Assembly: GCF_009914755.1 (NCBI RefSeq)
Contig: NC_060925.1
Origin: the human T2T-CHM13v2.0 reference genome, Homo sapiens
Reading direction: 5' to 3' (one strand)
DNA length: 64,000 nucleotides
This document shows, piece by piece, positions 46,901-63,736 of this stretch. The notes beneath the pieces were generated by a model, which saw nothing but the letters and a program-made list of their open reading frames with translations, was not told where the DNA came from and searched no databases. Position 1 is the stretch's first letter. Each line of letters begins with the position of its first letter. The position numbers and the translations under genes were made by a program.

Positions 46901-47559
46901 TCTTGAGAAACAGAAATCTTGCACCCAGTAGATCAATCAAAACAAAAACCACAGGAACAGGAAAGCCACGATCAAAGAACAAGTGGCTACATATGGCACC
47001 AAGACCAAAAAATGGGAGCATGCAAGTTGGAATGTAAATGTTAGAAAATTGCCAAGGCAAAAAAAGAAACAACAAAAAAAAAGATAAGCTATAAAAATTG
47101 AGAGATAGGAAGAGTAGTGCAAGGAAGTTTAAAAACACGAATTACCTAATTCTTCCAGACAATCATCTAAAGTGAAGATATAACTAAAAATGTCTTTAAA
47201 AATATTAATAGTGACTTTAGCCTCCTAACAGTTTTCATAATCTTTTTTTAACCTTAGAGAAAACTTTTAGGAACTATTATCTTTGGTAGAGAAAAAAGTA
47301 CAGCAGCTCTTTCACTTTCATTTCAGTTTTCTTTTCTTCTGTTAAATTCAAGTAAAAAGAAATGCAGTTATTTTTATTTTTATAGTACATACGGTATAAT
47401 GCCATTCTTATAAAATTATTTCACCCTCACCAGCCACCCTTCTGTTTATGTGTACCAAATGTTAACACTGGAAGAGAAAGTCCATACGCACCATTACCAA
47501 ATCCAGAGCCTTCCCCTCCTACCTGCCTGCCCTGTCTCAGCCTCTAACCTAGGTTTATC

Positions 47560-49036
47560 TTTCTACCTGCAAACCAGAACCCACCCCTTCTTGCTTACTC
47601 AAGCCCTTTCCTCCTAAAATTATACACTCTTATTTTCCGTATCATCATTTTCCATCTCTACTGGCCCATTACCAGCAGCAGTCAAACACACTGTATTTTC
47701 TCCCATCTTATTAAACAAACAAACGCATATTTTCCTTGATCTCTTCCCTTCTCCCAACCCACCTACCTTTTCATCGTGGCTTCTCTTTACATTAAGACTC
47801 AAAATGGTGTCCGTACTCCCTGCCTCCACCTTCTTTCTTCCCTTTTTCTCTTAAGGCCACTGTAACCAGGCTCTTGCTTCTACCACTCTTGTGGTGGGTG
47901 GTAATGACCTGCACATGGCTAAATATTGCCAACTCTTGAGACTCCACCACCACCATCACTGGCCTGAGAACACCACACTCTCTTGATATGCTACAGACAC
48001 ACATTCTGTCTCCTTTGTTGGGCCCTCTCCTTTTCCAACATCTAAATGCTGAAATGCCCCATGCATGATTCAGTCATAGGATCTGTTTTCTATCTCTCCT
48101 TGCTTCCTATCAGATCCCATTCCATTCTATGTCTGGTGATTCCCAAATCTGTATCTACAGTCTAGATCTCTCAGTCAACTCCAGCCTCCAACTGACTTAC
48201 CATTCCCTCATAGCCATCTAACAGGTACCTAGAACTTAACATGCCTGAACCTGAACTCTTGACACCCCATCCTGACCACACCCCAGCACGTTCCCTACCC
48301 CAGTAACGGTACCACCATTCACCTGCCAGGCCACAAATCTTCAGAGTTATTATTGACTCTTCTCTTACAAATTCCCAATCCAATTCATGAGCAAATCCTA
48401 TCAGCTCTACCTTCAAAATGAGTCTAGAATTCAACCCTTCCTATCCCTTCCACCTTTTGAACAGTGCAACTCAGCCTCATTTTGTTCTGAATTGCTGTGG
48501 TAGCTCCTAACTGGTCTTGCTGCCTCCTCCCTTGCTTCCCTGCAGTCTACTCTCCACACTGCAGCCCTGCTCATCATCTTTCAATGGCTTCCCAGTGGAG
48601 AAAAGCTAACGGCTTTCCAAAACCTTACATGGCCCAGTTCACCCTTACTCACTGGCCCCCAGCTACACTGGCCTCTCTGGTCATAGAACATGGCAAGCAA
48701 ACACCCACCTCAGGGCCTTTGCATATGCTTCCCTTCGCTGGAAGCACACTTCCCCACAGTCACGTGGTTAGCTCTCTCACTTCATTGAGCTCTCTGCTCA
48801 CAGCAGCCTTTGTGACCACTCCATCTGAAAGTGCCCCGACACTCTCTATGCTCTTACCTCATTTTAATTTTTCTTCATGCCACTTGTAAATCTATTTAGG
48901 TGTTTATCATTTTCTCCTCCCACTAGAGTGTAAGTTCCATGATGGTAGGGACTTCACTTTGTTCCCTGCTGATCCCCGATGCCACAGTGCCTCACATAGA
49001 GTAAGCACTCAATAAAGGCACATTGAATGAATGAAT
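47560..49036 (+). mobile_element. L2 fragments ending in the L2 3' terminus
   Basis: Pyrimidine-rich L2-type motifs ending 'agtaagcactcaataaa...ttgaatgaatgaat'. Confidence 0.65.
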
Positions 49037-49537
49037 CAAGAGCTGTTTTTTGGGTGATGGGATTTGGAACAATTTATTGCTGGCTTCTTTTTACTTTTCA
49101 GTTTTGCTTGAATTTTTTATAACGAGTATTTACTTTTTTAAAAAAATAAGCAAGAGTTATTCCTTTAAAAATTAAAAAAGGAAACCCATCAAAAATCAAA
49201 GGAGAGATGCATTATCTAGTCACCTCTGCTATATTTTGACAAGTGTTTTTCCTTCATTATTTATGATAGCTACAAAAGGATTCACAATGTAATGCCCACG
49301 GGGAATTTTTCATAATTAATGAAACCTCTTTAGAATGAAACCTTTACTGGAACAAAAGTTTTAATTGCCCAGGGCTGACCATGGAGTATGAAGACAAAGC
49401 TCCTGAGTAAGAATAAAAATTTGCAAGGTTTTCCTAAATTTTACTCCCCACTATAATATTTTTTTCAATATTGCTACCATAATCCAGATGCCAGAATCCA
49501 GGATCTGTTGGCATCCTGAAACCCAAAAAGTGTGATG

Positions 49538-49826
49538 GGCCAGGTGTGGTGGCTCACACCTGTAATCCCAGTACTTTGGGAGGCTGAGGCAGGCAGATCA
49601 CTTGAGGCCAGGAGTTCAAGACCAGCCTGGCCAACATGGCAGAACCCCATCTCTACTAGAAATACAAAAAGTAGCCAGGCATGGTGGTGCACCTGTAAGC
49701 CCAGCTACTCAGGAAGCCAAGCCATGAGAACTGCTTGAGCCCACAAGGCAAAGATTGCACTGAGCCGAGATCACACCGCTGCACTCCAGCCTGGGTGACA
49801 GAGCAACACTCTGTCTCCAAAAAAAA
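49538..49826 (+). mobile_element. Alu (J/S)
   Basis: Dimer with TSD AAAAAGTGTGATG. Confidence 0.9.
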
Positions 49827-50741
49827 GTGTGATGATCTTTCATAATGTTTAAATACAAAATAAGAATATCCCTTTCAAATAAGCTGACACTTTTTGAACA
49901 TGTAATAACCAGGTTCACAGAATCACAGAGGCCAGTGAGAAGAAGATTTAAAAGTACCCGTGTGAGCCCCAGTGACACATGCACCACCAGGAAAGTTTCC
50001 TGTCCCTGTCCCTCCAACTAATCCACAGCAACACAATGTCAGCAAGTGGCACAATCTGCCTCCCCTGCCTCCAGGCAGCCATGGGGAAGGTGGAGAGCAA
50101 AAGGACCATTCCCTGTGTCACTGATAAGTGAGGCTCAATGTGAAATACAAGGCATGAGAGGCGCCCAAAGGTAGGCAACAAGCTCAGTATCTCCCCTGTA
50201 TCTTTCTGTCTCAGGTATAATCTGCATCTTCTGCTCTTTTCGTGATAAGAAAAGGAACAGCAACAGCATGTCTACTATGCAAATGTGGACTACTAATCTG
50301 GCATCATGGAACTTAATGTAGAAGTTTATGCAACCCTGAGCAAGTTTCAAAACCTGGTCTCCTAACACATATGTCTAAGTTTTCTAAGGCTCCTGACCAA
50401 GCAATAGACTGTGAACACCCCAGAAGTTCAAGCAGGTCTTCCAGGGTCTTCACACTGCTAACCGCAATCATGGCAACTCCTTCGTTTCCTTTTTTAAAAA
50501 ATCAACAACCTTATTGTCTTCCCAATTATCCCTTTATAATTGGGCAGTTTAGAGCCTCAGATATATCAAGTGAGTATGCACAACGATTAGGGGTGATGAG
50601 CTAATAAACATCATTATCTAGGCCATGGTGGTTTTGCAACCACCACTTAGGCCAAGATGGTATGAGCATTCTACAGTTTTTCACTGCTCTTATTCTTTGT
50701 CATATATCATAAAATGTACAGTCATAGTGGACTGTGGATTA

Positions 50742-51080
<339 letters not shown>

Positions 51081-51816
51081 AAGAAGTCTAAGACATTGAT
51101 AAAACCCAATTGTCAACTAGAAGCATAAAAAACAGTACCAAGGCATCCAATTCACATCTAGATGATTTTCACCAGATCACTAGGTTACATTTACCTGATT
51201 AAATCTTTAGTATTTCAAAATCCAATATTAAAGACATAAGATATAGAGATAACCATATCCAAATTGGCTTTGTAACTGTTAGAGGAAAGGCATTCCATAG
51301 CTACAAGGTGTTACTCCCTTGTAGATATGCAGTTGAAACTCTCTGTGGTAACCGCTACCATGTAGAAACAAAACTTAAAAATTACATGTAAGAAGCAGTC
51401 ATTCTAGAGTGTGAAATGCAAAAATTCCAAACATTAGGTCAAGAATGCAGGTTTCTCTTATTTTTAAAAAATGTGTTAGCAAGTAATTAAATTTCCAACT
51501 ATATTTTTAATGTATATTTGGTCTCAAACTAAGCACTATATTTTATTATAAATTTTAAACAAATCACACGCTTACATAATTCATTTAAATAAATTAGTGT
51601 ATATCACCTATTAAATGAGAAAACATCTTTATATAAAATGGACGCTATTAAATTTTAAAGTGTATATTAAAATAAGCTGTATAATAATTTAATAATGTTG
51701 ATGTAAAAGAAAATATTTTACATAAATTTGCTTTATAATAGTCTATAAAAGTAATGACATTATTTTTTAAATTCCTGAGGGGGTTCACAAAATTATATTA
51801 CTCTGAAAGAAGTTCA

Positions 51817-52114
51817 TTTTTTTTTTTTTGAGACAGAGTCTCACTTGGTTGCCCAGGCTGGAGTACAGTGGCATGATCTCGGCTCACTGCGGCCTCTGCC
51901 TCCTGGGTTCAAGCAATTCTAGTGAGCCTCAGCCTCCCGAGTAGCTGGAATTACAATGGTGTGCCACCATGCCCGGCTAATTTTTGTATTTTTAGTAGAG
52001 ATGGGGTTACACCATGTTGGCCAGGTTGGTCTTGAACTCCTGGTCTCAAGTGATCTACCCGCCTCAGCCTCCCAAAGTGCTGGGATTATGGGCGTGAGCC
52101 ACCATGCCCTGCCC
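51817..52114 (-). mobile_element. AluS
   Basis: Antisense dimer flanked by AAGTTCAT. Confidence 0.9.
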
Positions 52115-53577
52115 AAGTTCATAAATTTTTAAATGTTGGGAAATACCAGTCTAATATAAAAGTCTTTTTAGTCAGACTCCAGTAATTTAAACCAGCTTCT
52201 TGGGCCTGCCTTCCAAAGGAATCTAGTCTACCAGAGAAGACAGACTACCATAAGAAGTAATTGCAATGTAAAAAGCCCATTATCGGGGAAAAAGACGATG
52301 CTGTAGGAGTATACAGAAATTGGTCTAGGGCTCAGCAAGAGGCTCGCAGAGGAGCTAGACGTAAAGGATTGGAATTACCTATGGGAAGAAGGCAGGAAAA
52401 GTACTCCAGCCAACAGCATGTTCAAAGGCCCAGAGGCAACAGAAAAGAAGCTGCATGCAAGGAACCGAAATAATCGAAGAAATTCAGGGTAACTGAAGCA
52501 TAGAATTTAAATGAGAAGAGGAAAAAAAGATGAGACTGTTGAAAGAAGCAGGGGTCAAGCTCTGGTGAGTATTGCAAATAGTCTGAAGAAGTATGGAATT
52601 GTTCCTAAGAGCAATGGGAAGCTATTAATGTGAACACAGAGTGGGAATTAGATAAGCAAAGTACAATGTTTTTAATGACATAAGTGTTCCCCTCCAACAG
52701 AGAGCCAAAGTAGAAGGGAAATGTGAGACTTTTCATTTTCAGAGGGCTCAAGTGTTCTAAGAATCTTCTAATAATGACTCCCTCAAGCTGAATCTTCCAA
52801 ATAAAGCAAGATGCAAATACTCCCCCTCAAAATGCTGACAGCCTGGTGATCCAAAGGCTAGCAAGAAAATGACCACATGCCCTGACCTTGCAAGTAGATC
52901 AGTCTCATCGTTTAGATATTACAGACAGCCCCAGAATCACTGTGTGAGTCAGAAGATTTGGGCCTCTGAGTTTCACTTTCCTCATCCTAGAAACTGTGGT
53001 AAGAATTTATCCCCTGCCTACCCACCTCACACCATTTAAAGGCCACTTTTCAACCACATGCCTCAATAACATAAGTGGAAAAGATTCTACCAACTGCATT
53101 GACTCAATCCACCAGAAAAAGACAACAAGAAGCAAGAAAATGCTTCATAACGTACAGTATGTCTAAAGTTATCAAGCTGCCTGATCATTTCACACCTCTG
53201 AAAAAACATCCTACTGTTCAAATCCATAGATGGGCATATTCAGAATTTGCTTGAGGCAGGAACAAAATTCAGAGCCAAGTCAGCTAGCAGTAAGAAACAC
53301 TGAACTAAATAAAAGAACCAAATGAAAGACATTAAAACTTAGCATTTGATTCAATCTGGTTCCAGGCTTAGGTTGGATGCAGCTGACAAAAGTGAATCAG
53401 CCTGGAGCTGGTGAACTCAGGTTCTGGACCCTGAACACACTACATGACTTGCTTTGATAGAACTTCTGTAGAATTTGTCATGATTTTACATGTCTCAAAA
53501 AGTTATTAGTAATTTTAAAAATCAATGAGAATGTAAAAGCAAAGTGTTACAGGTTCCAACAAAGAAAAGCACTCAAG

Positions 53578-53963
53578 TTTTTTTTTTTTTGTTTTTTTTT
53601 TGAGACGGAGTCTCACTCTGTCGCCCAGGCTGGAGTGCAGTGGTGCGATCTCTGCTCACCGCAAGCACCGCCTCCCGGGTTCAAGTTTTTTTTGTTTGTT
53701 TGTTTGTTTTTTGAGACAGAGTCTTGCTTTGTCACCCAGGCTAGAGTGCAGTGGTGTGATCTCAGCTGGCTGCAACCTCCACCTCCTGGGCTCAAGCGAT
53801 TCCCATGCCTCAGCCTCTGGAGTAGCTAGGATTATAAGTATTTTAGTAGAGACAGGATTTCGCTATGTTGGCCAGGCTGGTCTCAAACTCCTGACCTCAA
53901 GCGATCTGCCCAACTCAGCCTCCCAAAGTGCTGAGATTACAGGCATGAGCCACCGCACCCAGT
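53578..53963 (-). mobile_element. Composite Alu: ~105-bp 5'-truncated Alu abutting the tail of an internally deleted Alu
   Basis: Two successive polyT + gagac..agtct starts (53578 and 53686). The second lacks the ~30-bp mid-region. Confidence 0.85.
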
Positions 53964-55268
53964 CTCAAATTCTTATTACTATGTTTGCCAGTATTTTTTA
54001 AAGATATGATAAAAAAAATGGTTTTAAATTATTTTACAGGTCTCCAGGTTCCCTGGGCAGGTGTGTATTATGTCAACTTGATTTAAAAAATTTTTTGACA
54101 TTAGAATACTTTTAGAGGAAAAGACACAAAATAACACAATAGCTTGACTGGATGAACCTGATTCCCTTGGAAATTTCATTTTCCTTTTCAACAAAGTAGT
54201 CTTCCCCAAATTTTAGAAAAAAAAAACCCGTATCCCAGTTCTTTATTATTAAATGGCACATTTCTCAGAATAAAAGGCTGAAAGCATAGTTCCTCTAATT
54301 CATAAACTGGAGCATTTTACACTGTATTATGACACTCAGTACAATGTACAATAATTAGCAATTTACATCTGTCTTCCCTGCCAGGTTAGGAGCACCGTTA
54401 AGTCCAAGACCATGTCTTATTCATTGTTATATCCCAGCACCTAGCGCAGAGCTGGCATAAATGTTGAACTAAAATAAATGGAAATGAGTTGTGCTTTCCC
54501 TGTCTTTAACAATGAATCTTTGGCGGATTCCAACAAAGCCTCAGAGTTAACTATGTGCAGATCCTGGGTCAGCTAAGGCTCACAGTAAAGATTTCTTCCT
54601 AATTGCCTCTATCTCCACTCTTCCTTCCCCTTCCCTCTCCACCTCCAGAGGGGAGTTCCCGCTGGAAATTGCACAATTCTTTGTGCAGAGAGAAACAACA
54701 AGCTTAGTTCCTGTTGACCTGAAGAGCATAATGTTCTGGCACAGAATCTTCCACCTTCATAGAAGAGTAACAAACTCAATTGGGATTATTTTTCTAACTA
54801 AAACTGTCATTTGATGTCTTCTTTTATCTCACCAAGATACAACCTTCTGAGCCACTCATCTTCTATCCTCATCAGTTCCATAATAAGCAAATACAACTTT
54901 GGGACAGTCTGAGACAGCGTTTTCTGAATTTTTTCTGACCACAACCCATAATGAGCAATACATGTTATAATGTGATCCAGTATGTGAACACATGCACACT
55001 CACCCAAAAAAGTCTGACACAACAATATTTACCCTTTTTGCATCCAATTCACTTTACAATTTTTCATTATTTTTCTATCCTATTCCATTTACATTTTGAA
55101 GAAAGCTGGTGAGTAGTCAGCTAAAATGGCTCCACAACCTACTCTGCAAAGGAGTTGCAATCTGCACTTGGAAAAACACTGGTCTATGGACAGGGCTCTG
55201 GTCAGTGTTCTCAATAACAGTTTGGAGACTTTAAGCAGTAACACGACAGCTTTCAAAAACAAAACAAG

Positions 55269-55400
55269 GGCTGGGCGCAATGGTACGTTCCTGTAATCCC
55301 AGCTATTCAGGAGGCTGACGGGAGAATTGCTTGAGCCTTGGAGCTGGAGACCAGCTGGGGCAACATAGTGAAACCTTGTCTTAAGAGGAAAAAAAAAATA
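55269..55400 (+). mobile_element. FLAM-like Alu monomer
   Basis: Single arm plus A tail. Confidence 0.78.
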
Positions 55401-55794
55401 CAAAATCAGGTACACAAAATGAAATTCTCATCCAAAATAAACCATTCTATATCCTTCCTTGAAAAACCACACCAACGCTGGACTTTGTAGCACAAAGACT
55501 TGTAAGGAGGTCGGGGCTAGACTAGATCCAGATATGCCTAATATTCAACTAGGCCAAAAGAACTGCCCCCTCGCCCGCCAATGAAATGAAATGCCTCCAA
55601 AGTGATCCTCTGGCTATGTACATCCGCTAGCATGCAGGTGGGTAATGAAGAGAGTGGAGACAACCAGCCGATTTCTTCCTGGACTTTCTGAGTTTCAAAG
55701 TGCTTTCACTTCTATTATTTCATTTAATGAGATGCTGTCAGAAAGTTCATTTCCAGAACTGGAAAGTATTAGGTGGTAGAGAAAAGCATTTCAG

Positions 55795-56134
<340 letters not shown>

Positions 56135-56865
56135 TTAACAGTGGGAAAACATGTTCAGAAATTAACTAAAATAATGTCAAATATGCCAAAAATCGTAAGT
56201 ATTTGAGATTCTTGAAGCAGACGAAGGGAAAGGTTGGGTTGAGAGTAAGCTATATAAGTATTCCTGTTCTGTATGCCAGAGAATGGGGGGTGGGGGCGCA
56301 TGGAATCTCATCAATTTACCAAGTCCCAAAAAGAGTAGGTTCCAGGTCTCTAGTAAGGCTTCGATGCCAGGTTTTGTATATTCTCCCTTATAATCAACTT
56401 TCCCCTCAATTCTTAGAAAGATCTTATGGAGTTCAGAAGACGATAAAGATGGAAAGTTGTAAGTCCTGAGAGATATAATTGATGTAGATATAGATATTTA
56501 CAGAATAAAAGCCAACAGCCTAACATGGTATGATGTAATCAGGCATCTCCTCCCTTCCTCCTAAAAACCTCTCACCCTCTCCTCTCTGACCTCATCTCCT
56601 AGTCCTTTTCCGCCTCATTCCCACCAGAGCACTCTGCTTCAGCCACAGTGGCCTTCTTGCCATTCCTCAAATACACCAAGCACACTTGAGCCTTAGGGCT
56701 CCACCTTAAGGCCTTTAAACTGGCTGTTTCCTCTGCCTGAAATGCCCTTCCCCCAATATCCACGTGGCTTACACTCTTACCTCCTTTAAATTTTTGCACA
56801 AATGTGACCTATTCCATGAGGCCTCATCTAAAAGCTCCCTACCCCTTATTTTAAAATGCAACCTG

Positions 56866-57186
56866 GGCCAGGCACAGGTAGCTCACACCTGTAATCCCAG
56901 TACTTTAGGAAGCTGAGGTGGGAGGATTGCTTGAAGCCAGGAGTTTGAGACCAGCCTGGGCAACAAAATGAGACCCTGTCTCTAAAAAATAAAAATTAAA
57001 AATTAAAAAATTAGCCAGGCATAGTGGTATGTGACTGTGGTCCCAAGTACTTCAGGAGGCTGAGGCAGAAGGATCCCTTGAGCCCAGGAGTTGGAGGCTG
57101 CAATGAGCTATCATGGTGCCACTGCACTCCAACCTGGGCAAGAGAGAGAGAGACCTTGTCTCTTTAAAAAAAAAAAAAAAAAAAAA
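56866..57186 (+). mobile_element. AluJ-like inserted in an L2 (~56500-57460)
   Basis: Diverged dimer. The flanks carry L2 motifs and end in (TGAA)n at ~57435-57460. Confidence 0.85.
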
Positions 57187-57506
57187 GGTAGAAGAAGAAA
57201 GAAGAAAAAATTTTAAAAAGCAACTCCCCTCACAACTACCCAGCATTCTTGATGCTCCTTACTGTACTTATTACCTTCTAAATACTAGCAATTTATATAT
57301 TCATCATGTTTATTGTTTGTCTCCCTCTTCCCCAACTGAAATGTTAACTCACAGAGATCTTTATTGTATTGACTGAAATAAAGCATCTAGAGTAGTGTCT
57401 GATACATGATCATCAAAAATACCTGTTGCACAGATGAATGAATGAATAAATGAATGAATAATTGTAAAACATATAAGTATATCTTCACCTACTTGGTAGT
57501 GGCTAA

Positions 57507-57843
<337 letters not shown>

Positions 57844-58352
57844 GAGGGCCTTCTACTCATAGATAAACAACTGAAATGCAAATGTTCACGGACAGCATTA
57901 CAATGGTCAAACTACCAGGATAAATTAATAATATCAGATCCTCCTCTGTTTTCATGAGGGAGAAGTTATCTGCAAGGTAGGATTGGCAGCCACCACAAAG
58001 GAAGGGAAAAGAGCAAAGACAGGAGGGATTTAAGACAAAAACAGCAACTTTAAAAAGTTCACTACTTATCCATGAGTTATTTCTATTAACCTTTAGCAAA
58101 GCAGGAACAAACAAGTTTTAGGAAGATAATTTTGTCAAGCTTCTGAATACCATCATCTAGACTGATTTATTAAGAAATATGTCTTTACCTATTTAATATA
58201 GACTTCCTTATAGAGCAGCATGGCTCTGAAGCATGAAGAAAAACAATTTTGCCTCATTTTGGCAAGATCCGAAACCAAATTTATCCAATAGCCAGACTGT
58301 GAAAGTCACCAAAATTTTGGGTGTGACTATTGGCCGTAAAGAGTGATAGATG

Positions 58353-58563
<211 letters not shown>

Positions 58564-59618
58564 AAAGAGTGATAGATGACCATTTGGGGATGTATCCTAA
58601 AAGCCAACAGCTTGGATATCCAATCCTGGAACTTCAACAGGACTAGGCAGCAAATACTCAGCTGCTGTGCAATTAACAAATTCAGAATCCGCAGCTTGCT
58701 TCCCTGTGGGAAGGGCACCACCCTAAAAACAAAATAAAAGAAGATTCCTCATCCATCTACTCCTCAGTTTCACTGTGGAACTCATGCCCTGGAGAGAGGT
58801 AGGTTTATTTCTCATCTGCAAGCAGAGTTCCCAGCCTAAGGAAAACCCCAGAAAGGATTTCAGGCCACAAGGAGGCAATTTCAGAAGGATGAGGCCATAA
58901 AACAATTATAGAGGAACGGGTTAATCTGTATCTGGTCATAATCCATATGCCCAAAGCAACATCACTACAAGGTAATCTCACATCAGTCACTGGCTTTTCA
59001 ACCCAGGCAATTTTCTTCACTCCACCTTCCCACCCTTCCTCAACTCCACCCCCTACCCCACCCCCCAACCCCACACACAAAAACAACAACCAAGTTTTAT
59101 ATAAGGGAGGGGAAGTGGAAAGAAGGCAGAGGGTTAAATTTCTCACATCTAAGGCTCTCGGCAACCTGAATTTACTGAAGCCACTCTCCCAGGAGGGGGC
59201 ATATTGTGACCAAGCTTTCCTGCTTACCTCCTGCCATCTGCAAAATTAAATTAAATGGTCCTTCGCTTCTGAAATCCTGCCATCAGTGACCAAAGGGAAC
59301 ATCTGAGTATACCAGTCAGAGATCATGGCTTTTCTTTTTTACCAACACACACAAATCATTATGAGATTAAGTTTCTGAATGGCTAATGTGCATCTTCATA
59401 AAGAAGCTAAACAATCAGTCTAACACCCACATGGACGGGGTTGAAAGGGACTAGAATTGCACTTGCTGCTGCCTTGGAAGATGATTAAAAGCAGGACAGG
59501 CAGAAAGATGATGGCATTTTCACCTCACTTTCACGGAGTAGGGATATTGGGGATGGACATAGGAAGTCAAGCGCCAAGAGCTAAAGGGTAAGAGAAAAGG
59601 GCTATTAGAAGGCAATGG

Positions 59619-59936
59619 GGCCTGGCATGGTGGCTCACACTTGTAATCCCAGCACTTTGGGAGGCCCAGGCTGGTGGATCACGAGGTCAAGAGATCGAGA
59701 CCATCCTGGCAAATGTGGTGAAGCCCCGTCTCTACTAAAAATACAAAAATTAGCTGGGCATGGCGATGCGTGCCTATAGTCTCAGCTACTTGGGAGGCTG
59801 AGGCAGGAGAATCACTTGAACCCGGGAGAGGCGGAGGTTGCAGTGAGCAGAGATCGCGCCACTGCACTCCAGCCTGGTGACAGAGTGAGACTCTGTCTCA
59901 AAAAAAAAAAAAAAATTTAAATTTAAAAAATTAAAA
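59619..59936 (+). mobile_element. AluSc-like
   Basis: 'gatcacgaggtcaagagatcgagaccatcctgg'. TSD AGAAGGCAATG. Confidence 0.9.
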
Positions 59937-60880
59937 AGAAGGCAATGAGAAGACCCCTGGAAGGGAAGAATATCCCCTCCAGTCTCCTCACCCCAAAGGA
60001 ATTGCTCTCTAGGGGGTTAAACCCATAGACATTAGAAAGCCTGTGGTCACCACACTACAGATGACTGCTCTAAGGCAAATAGAGATTTAAAGCAAAGCAG
60101 GGTATTCCTGATACTTTTTGACCTTTTTGCTCTGCCAGTTTCCATTTTCTGACCCTAAAACCCAGACAAAAGATTCTGATGTCTTTAGCCATCTACCCCC
60201 CACCTTCCCCTGACTGAACAATTTGATTTGACAATTATTTCCACACCTACCTAGTCTGATTTCCAACACGACTAAATTTGGAACAATGGAAGCAAGTGGG
60301 TGAAAAGGAACAAAGAAAATAAAATTCAGGAAATGACAATCTTCAGAGTAACAATATATAATTTGAAAAGTAACTCAGACCAGGAACAGACTTTATTTGA
60401 ATATAAAATTACATACAAATCATATTTAATTCAAACCACTTCAATCCAACAAATCTTTACTGAGCACCTACTACTATGCCCTGCGGGGAAAGACAAAAAA
60501 TACTTGGTCAGAGCCCCATCCAGTCTAAAACACAGCAGGCTCCCATTCCTGCACAAAGAGACTTTGGGGAGAACCTGTAAAGGCTCTTGATTAGGGATAT
60601 ATCATAAAGAACCTGTGCCCACCTAAAGATCACTCTTAACAGCATTTTTGGACCCATTTATCACCTCCACAACTCCAGAATGGACAAAGAGGAAAGTTAC
60701 AGGGACTGAGGTGGAGAGAAAAAATAATACGATTGCCAGCAAAGCTCAGGAATATACGCTTTTTGATGAGACACCCGGAAGGGAGAGTAAAAGAAAGAAT
60801 CTTTACATCATATTTTTCTTTGAGAAATTACAATCCACAAGAGAGGTTGTTCACCAAGATTTTTTTTTAACCACCCTAGT

Positions 60881-61435
<555 letters not shown>

Positions 61436-62820
61436 TATCATAGTTTTTAATAAGCTCATTTCTCTTTTCCCCTATCTTGTTCTGAAAGACATAGAATTTT
61501 CAGAGGGAGAATTAGGAATAAAAGTATCTCTTGATCTGGGATCTAGGAAAAAATACTAGGACATCAGAATCAACTGAATGAAGGGATAGAAAAAAAAAAT
61601 CCAAGAAATTGGGAACAAGGGAAGTCTGCAAAGCTCCTGGTCCCACAACGTCTACACTCCCAAGCCCAATATCCCGTTGTAGAAGCACTTAGTCTGAAAT
61701 CATAAAAACAACTTCAACCCATAAATTCTCATCTCTCAACACAGTGACCACCCACAGACGGATTTTTACGAAAATGAAGAGTTCCCCTAGAAGCCTTAAC
61801 TCTGAGGGTCATCAAAATTAGAACAATCTTTTTTGAGCTTACACACTGCTGTCCTCAAGGGTTGCTCTGGGGTCAGTCTGAAACTGAAGTGATATCAGAC
61901 CTCTCTGACACTTATTTCTAGTGTCAGTATCTGCCAGCAACTCGCCAAGAGCAAAAGTCCAGGGAGCCCCTTCAGGGAGAAAGTTTCTCACTCTGGATCC
62001 CAATTCTACTCTGAAAAATTCAACTGTACAACTAATATTTTACAACAAAGAGGTTCCATTTTAAAAACCCAAGGACACAGAGGGACAGCCAAGGTGACAA
62101 GGCTCAAATTCTGATAGAAAATATAAATCCCCAGATATCCTCTTCCCCTGTCCAAGGGCAAAAGCTGACCAGGCCTAGGGAGGAAAGACTCCTGTACAGT
62201 CTGGTACACACCACTCCTTCTGCTCATTCCTCCCAGCAACCACTCTTGTTGGGAGATGAATGCAGTCAAATGTTCTCCAGTGATGCAGAGCATTCTCCCA
62301 TTCTTCAGGGCTTCAAAACAAAGCCAAAGAGCTGCCTGCTGTATTTCTGTACTCTTATAACACAGTGAGATCCAAGGACTTCCAACCATCTGTGTGCCAA
62401 CCCCCAGCTACTCTAAGACGTAAAAAGTGGAACAAAGGACTTTGTGGCTGCAAAGATGGAGAGAAAATGATGGCTTAAAAGAAAGGCATATCGTTTTCCT
62501 TGATAATTATTTTCTTCACTTTGCTTTTCTGTATTTTCCAAACTGTCTATGATAAGCATGTTGCTTTTCTAATTAGAAAAAGCAGGAAATGTTATTTTAA
62601 ATGTTTTTTTAAAATCAGCAGAGCACTATCCTGAACGCTTTAACGCAATGGTCTGGGGGTACCTACAACACGCCTTGGGGAGGGCAGGGGATGGGAGGCG
62701 GAAAGGGAAAGAATGAATGAAAATCCAGTTTTTAAAAAGAGGAAAAGAAAAACTAGGGGGTTGGGGAAAGATGGGGATTTCCTATGCATTAATGTGCACA
62801 CTTAGACTAAAGAAAAAAAT

Positions 62821-63129
<309 letters not shown>

Positions 63130-63736
63130 TTAATTTATAGCAGTAGGCACCTGGTTAGTATACTGCACAAGAAAGTACTCAAAATAGAGAATCATTATTT
63201 CTGGGTATGTTCTGAGAAGGAAGATTTCTACTTGGATATATTTTACCCCTGGGCATGTCCAGGTTATAAGGCCCAGGTAGATAATACAGTTCTAAAGACT
63301 CAGGGTTTCTCTACTGTCTCAGTAACTCGCCTCCTGTTTCAGGAGGGCCAGAAGCAGCTGCTGGTCACTGCCAAGCAGACAGGACAGCAGCTCTGTTCCC
63401 CTTTGCAGTCCTCAGTGCTCTGAAGCTCACCCTCCATTCTACTCTCCTTCTGGCCTCCTGGAAGACTAGGGTCTTATAGGTTCTTCCCCATGAGTCTTAC
63501 GAGAGAGCCTTCTAATGATAATTCACTGTTACCTGGGCCTGGGCTCATAGGAAGCACACGCCACAGCGAGGGGAGAAACAGATGCCCATTTCCAACAGAA
63601 ACATCTGTTCCTTCCAGCTCAGGAAAATCTGTTGGCAGAGAATCATGTGGTAAGATTTTTTTGTTAGGAAAAAAGCTAAAATGCACACCACAGAAAAATG
63701 GACCAGTGCTATTAGGATACAACCAGTCCTCTATGC

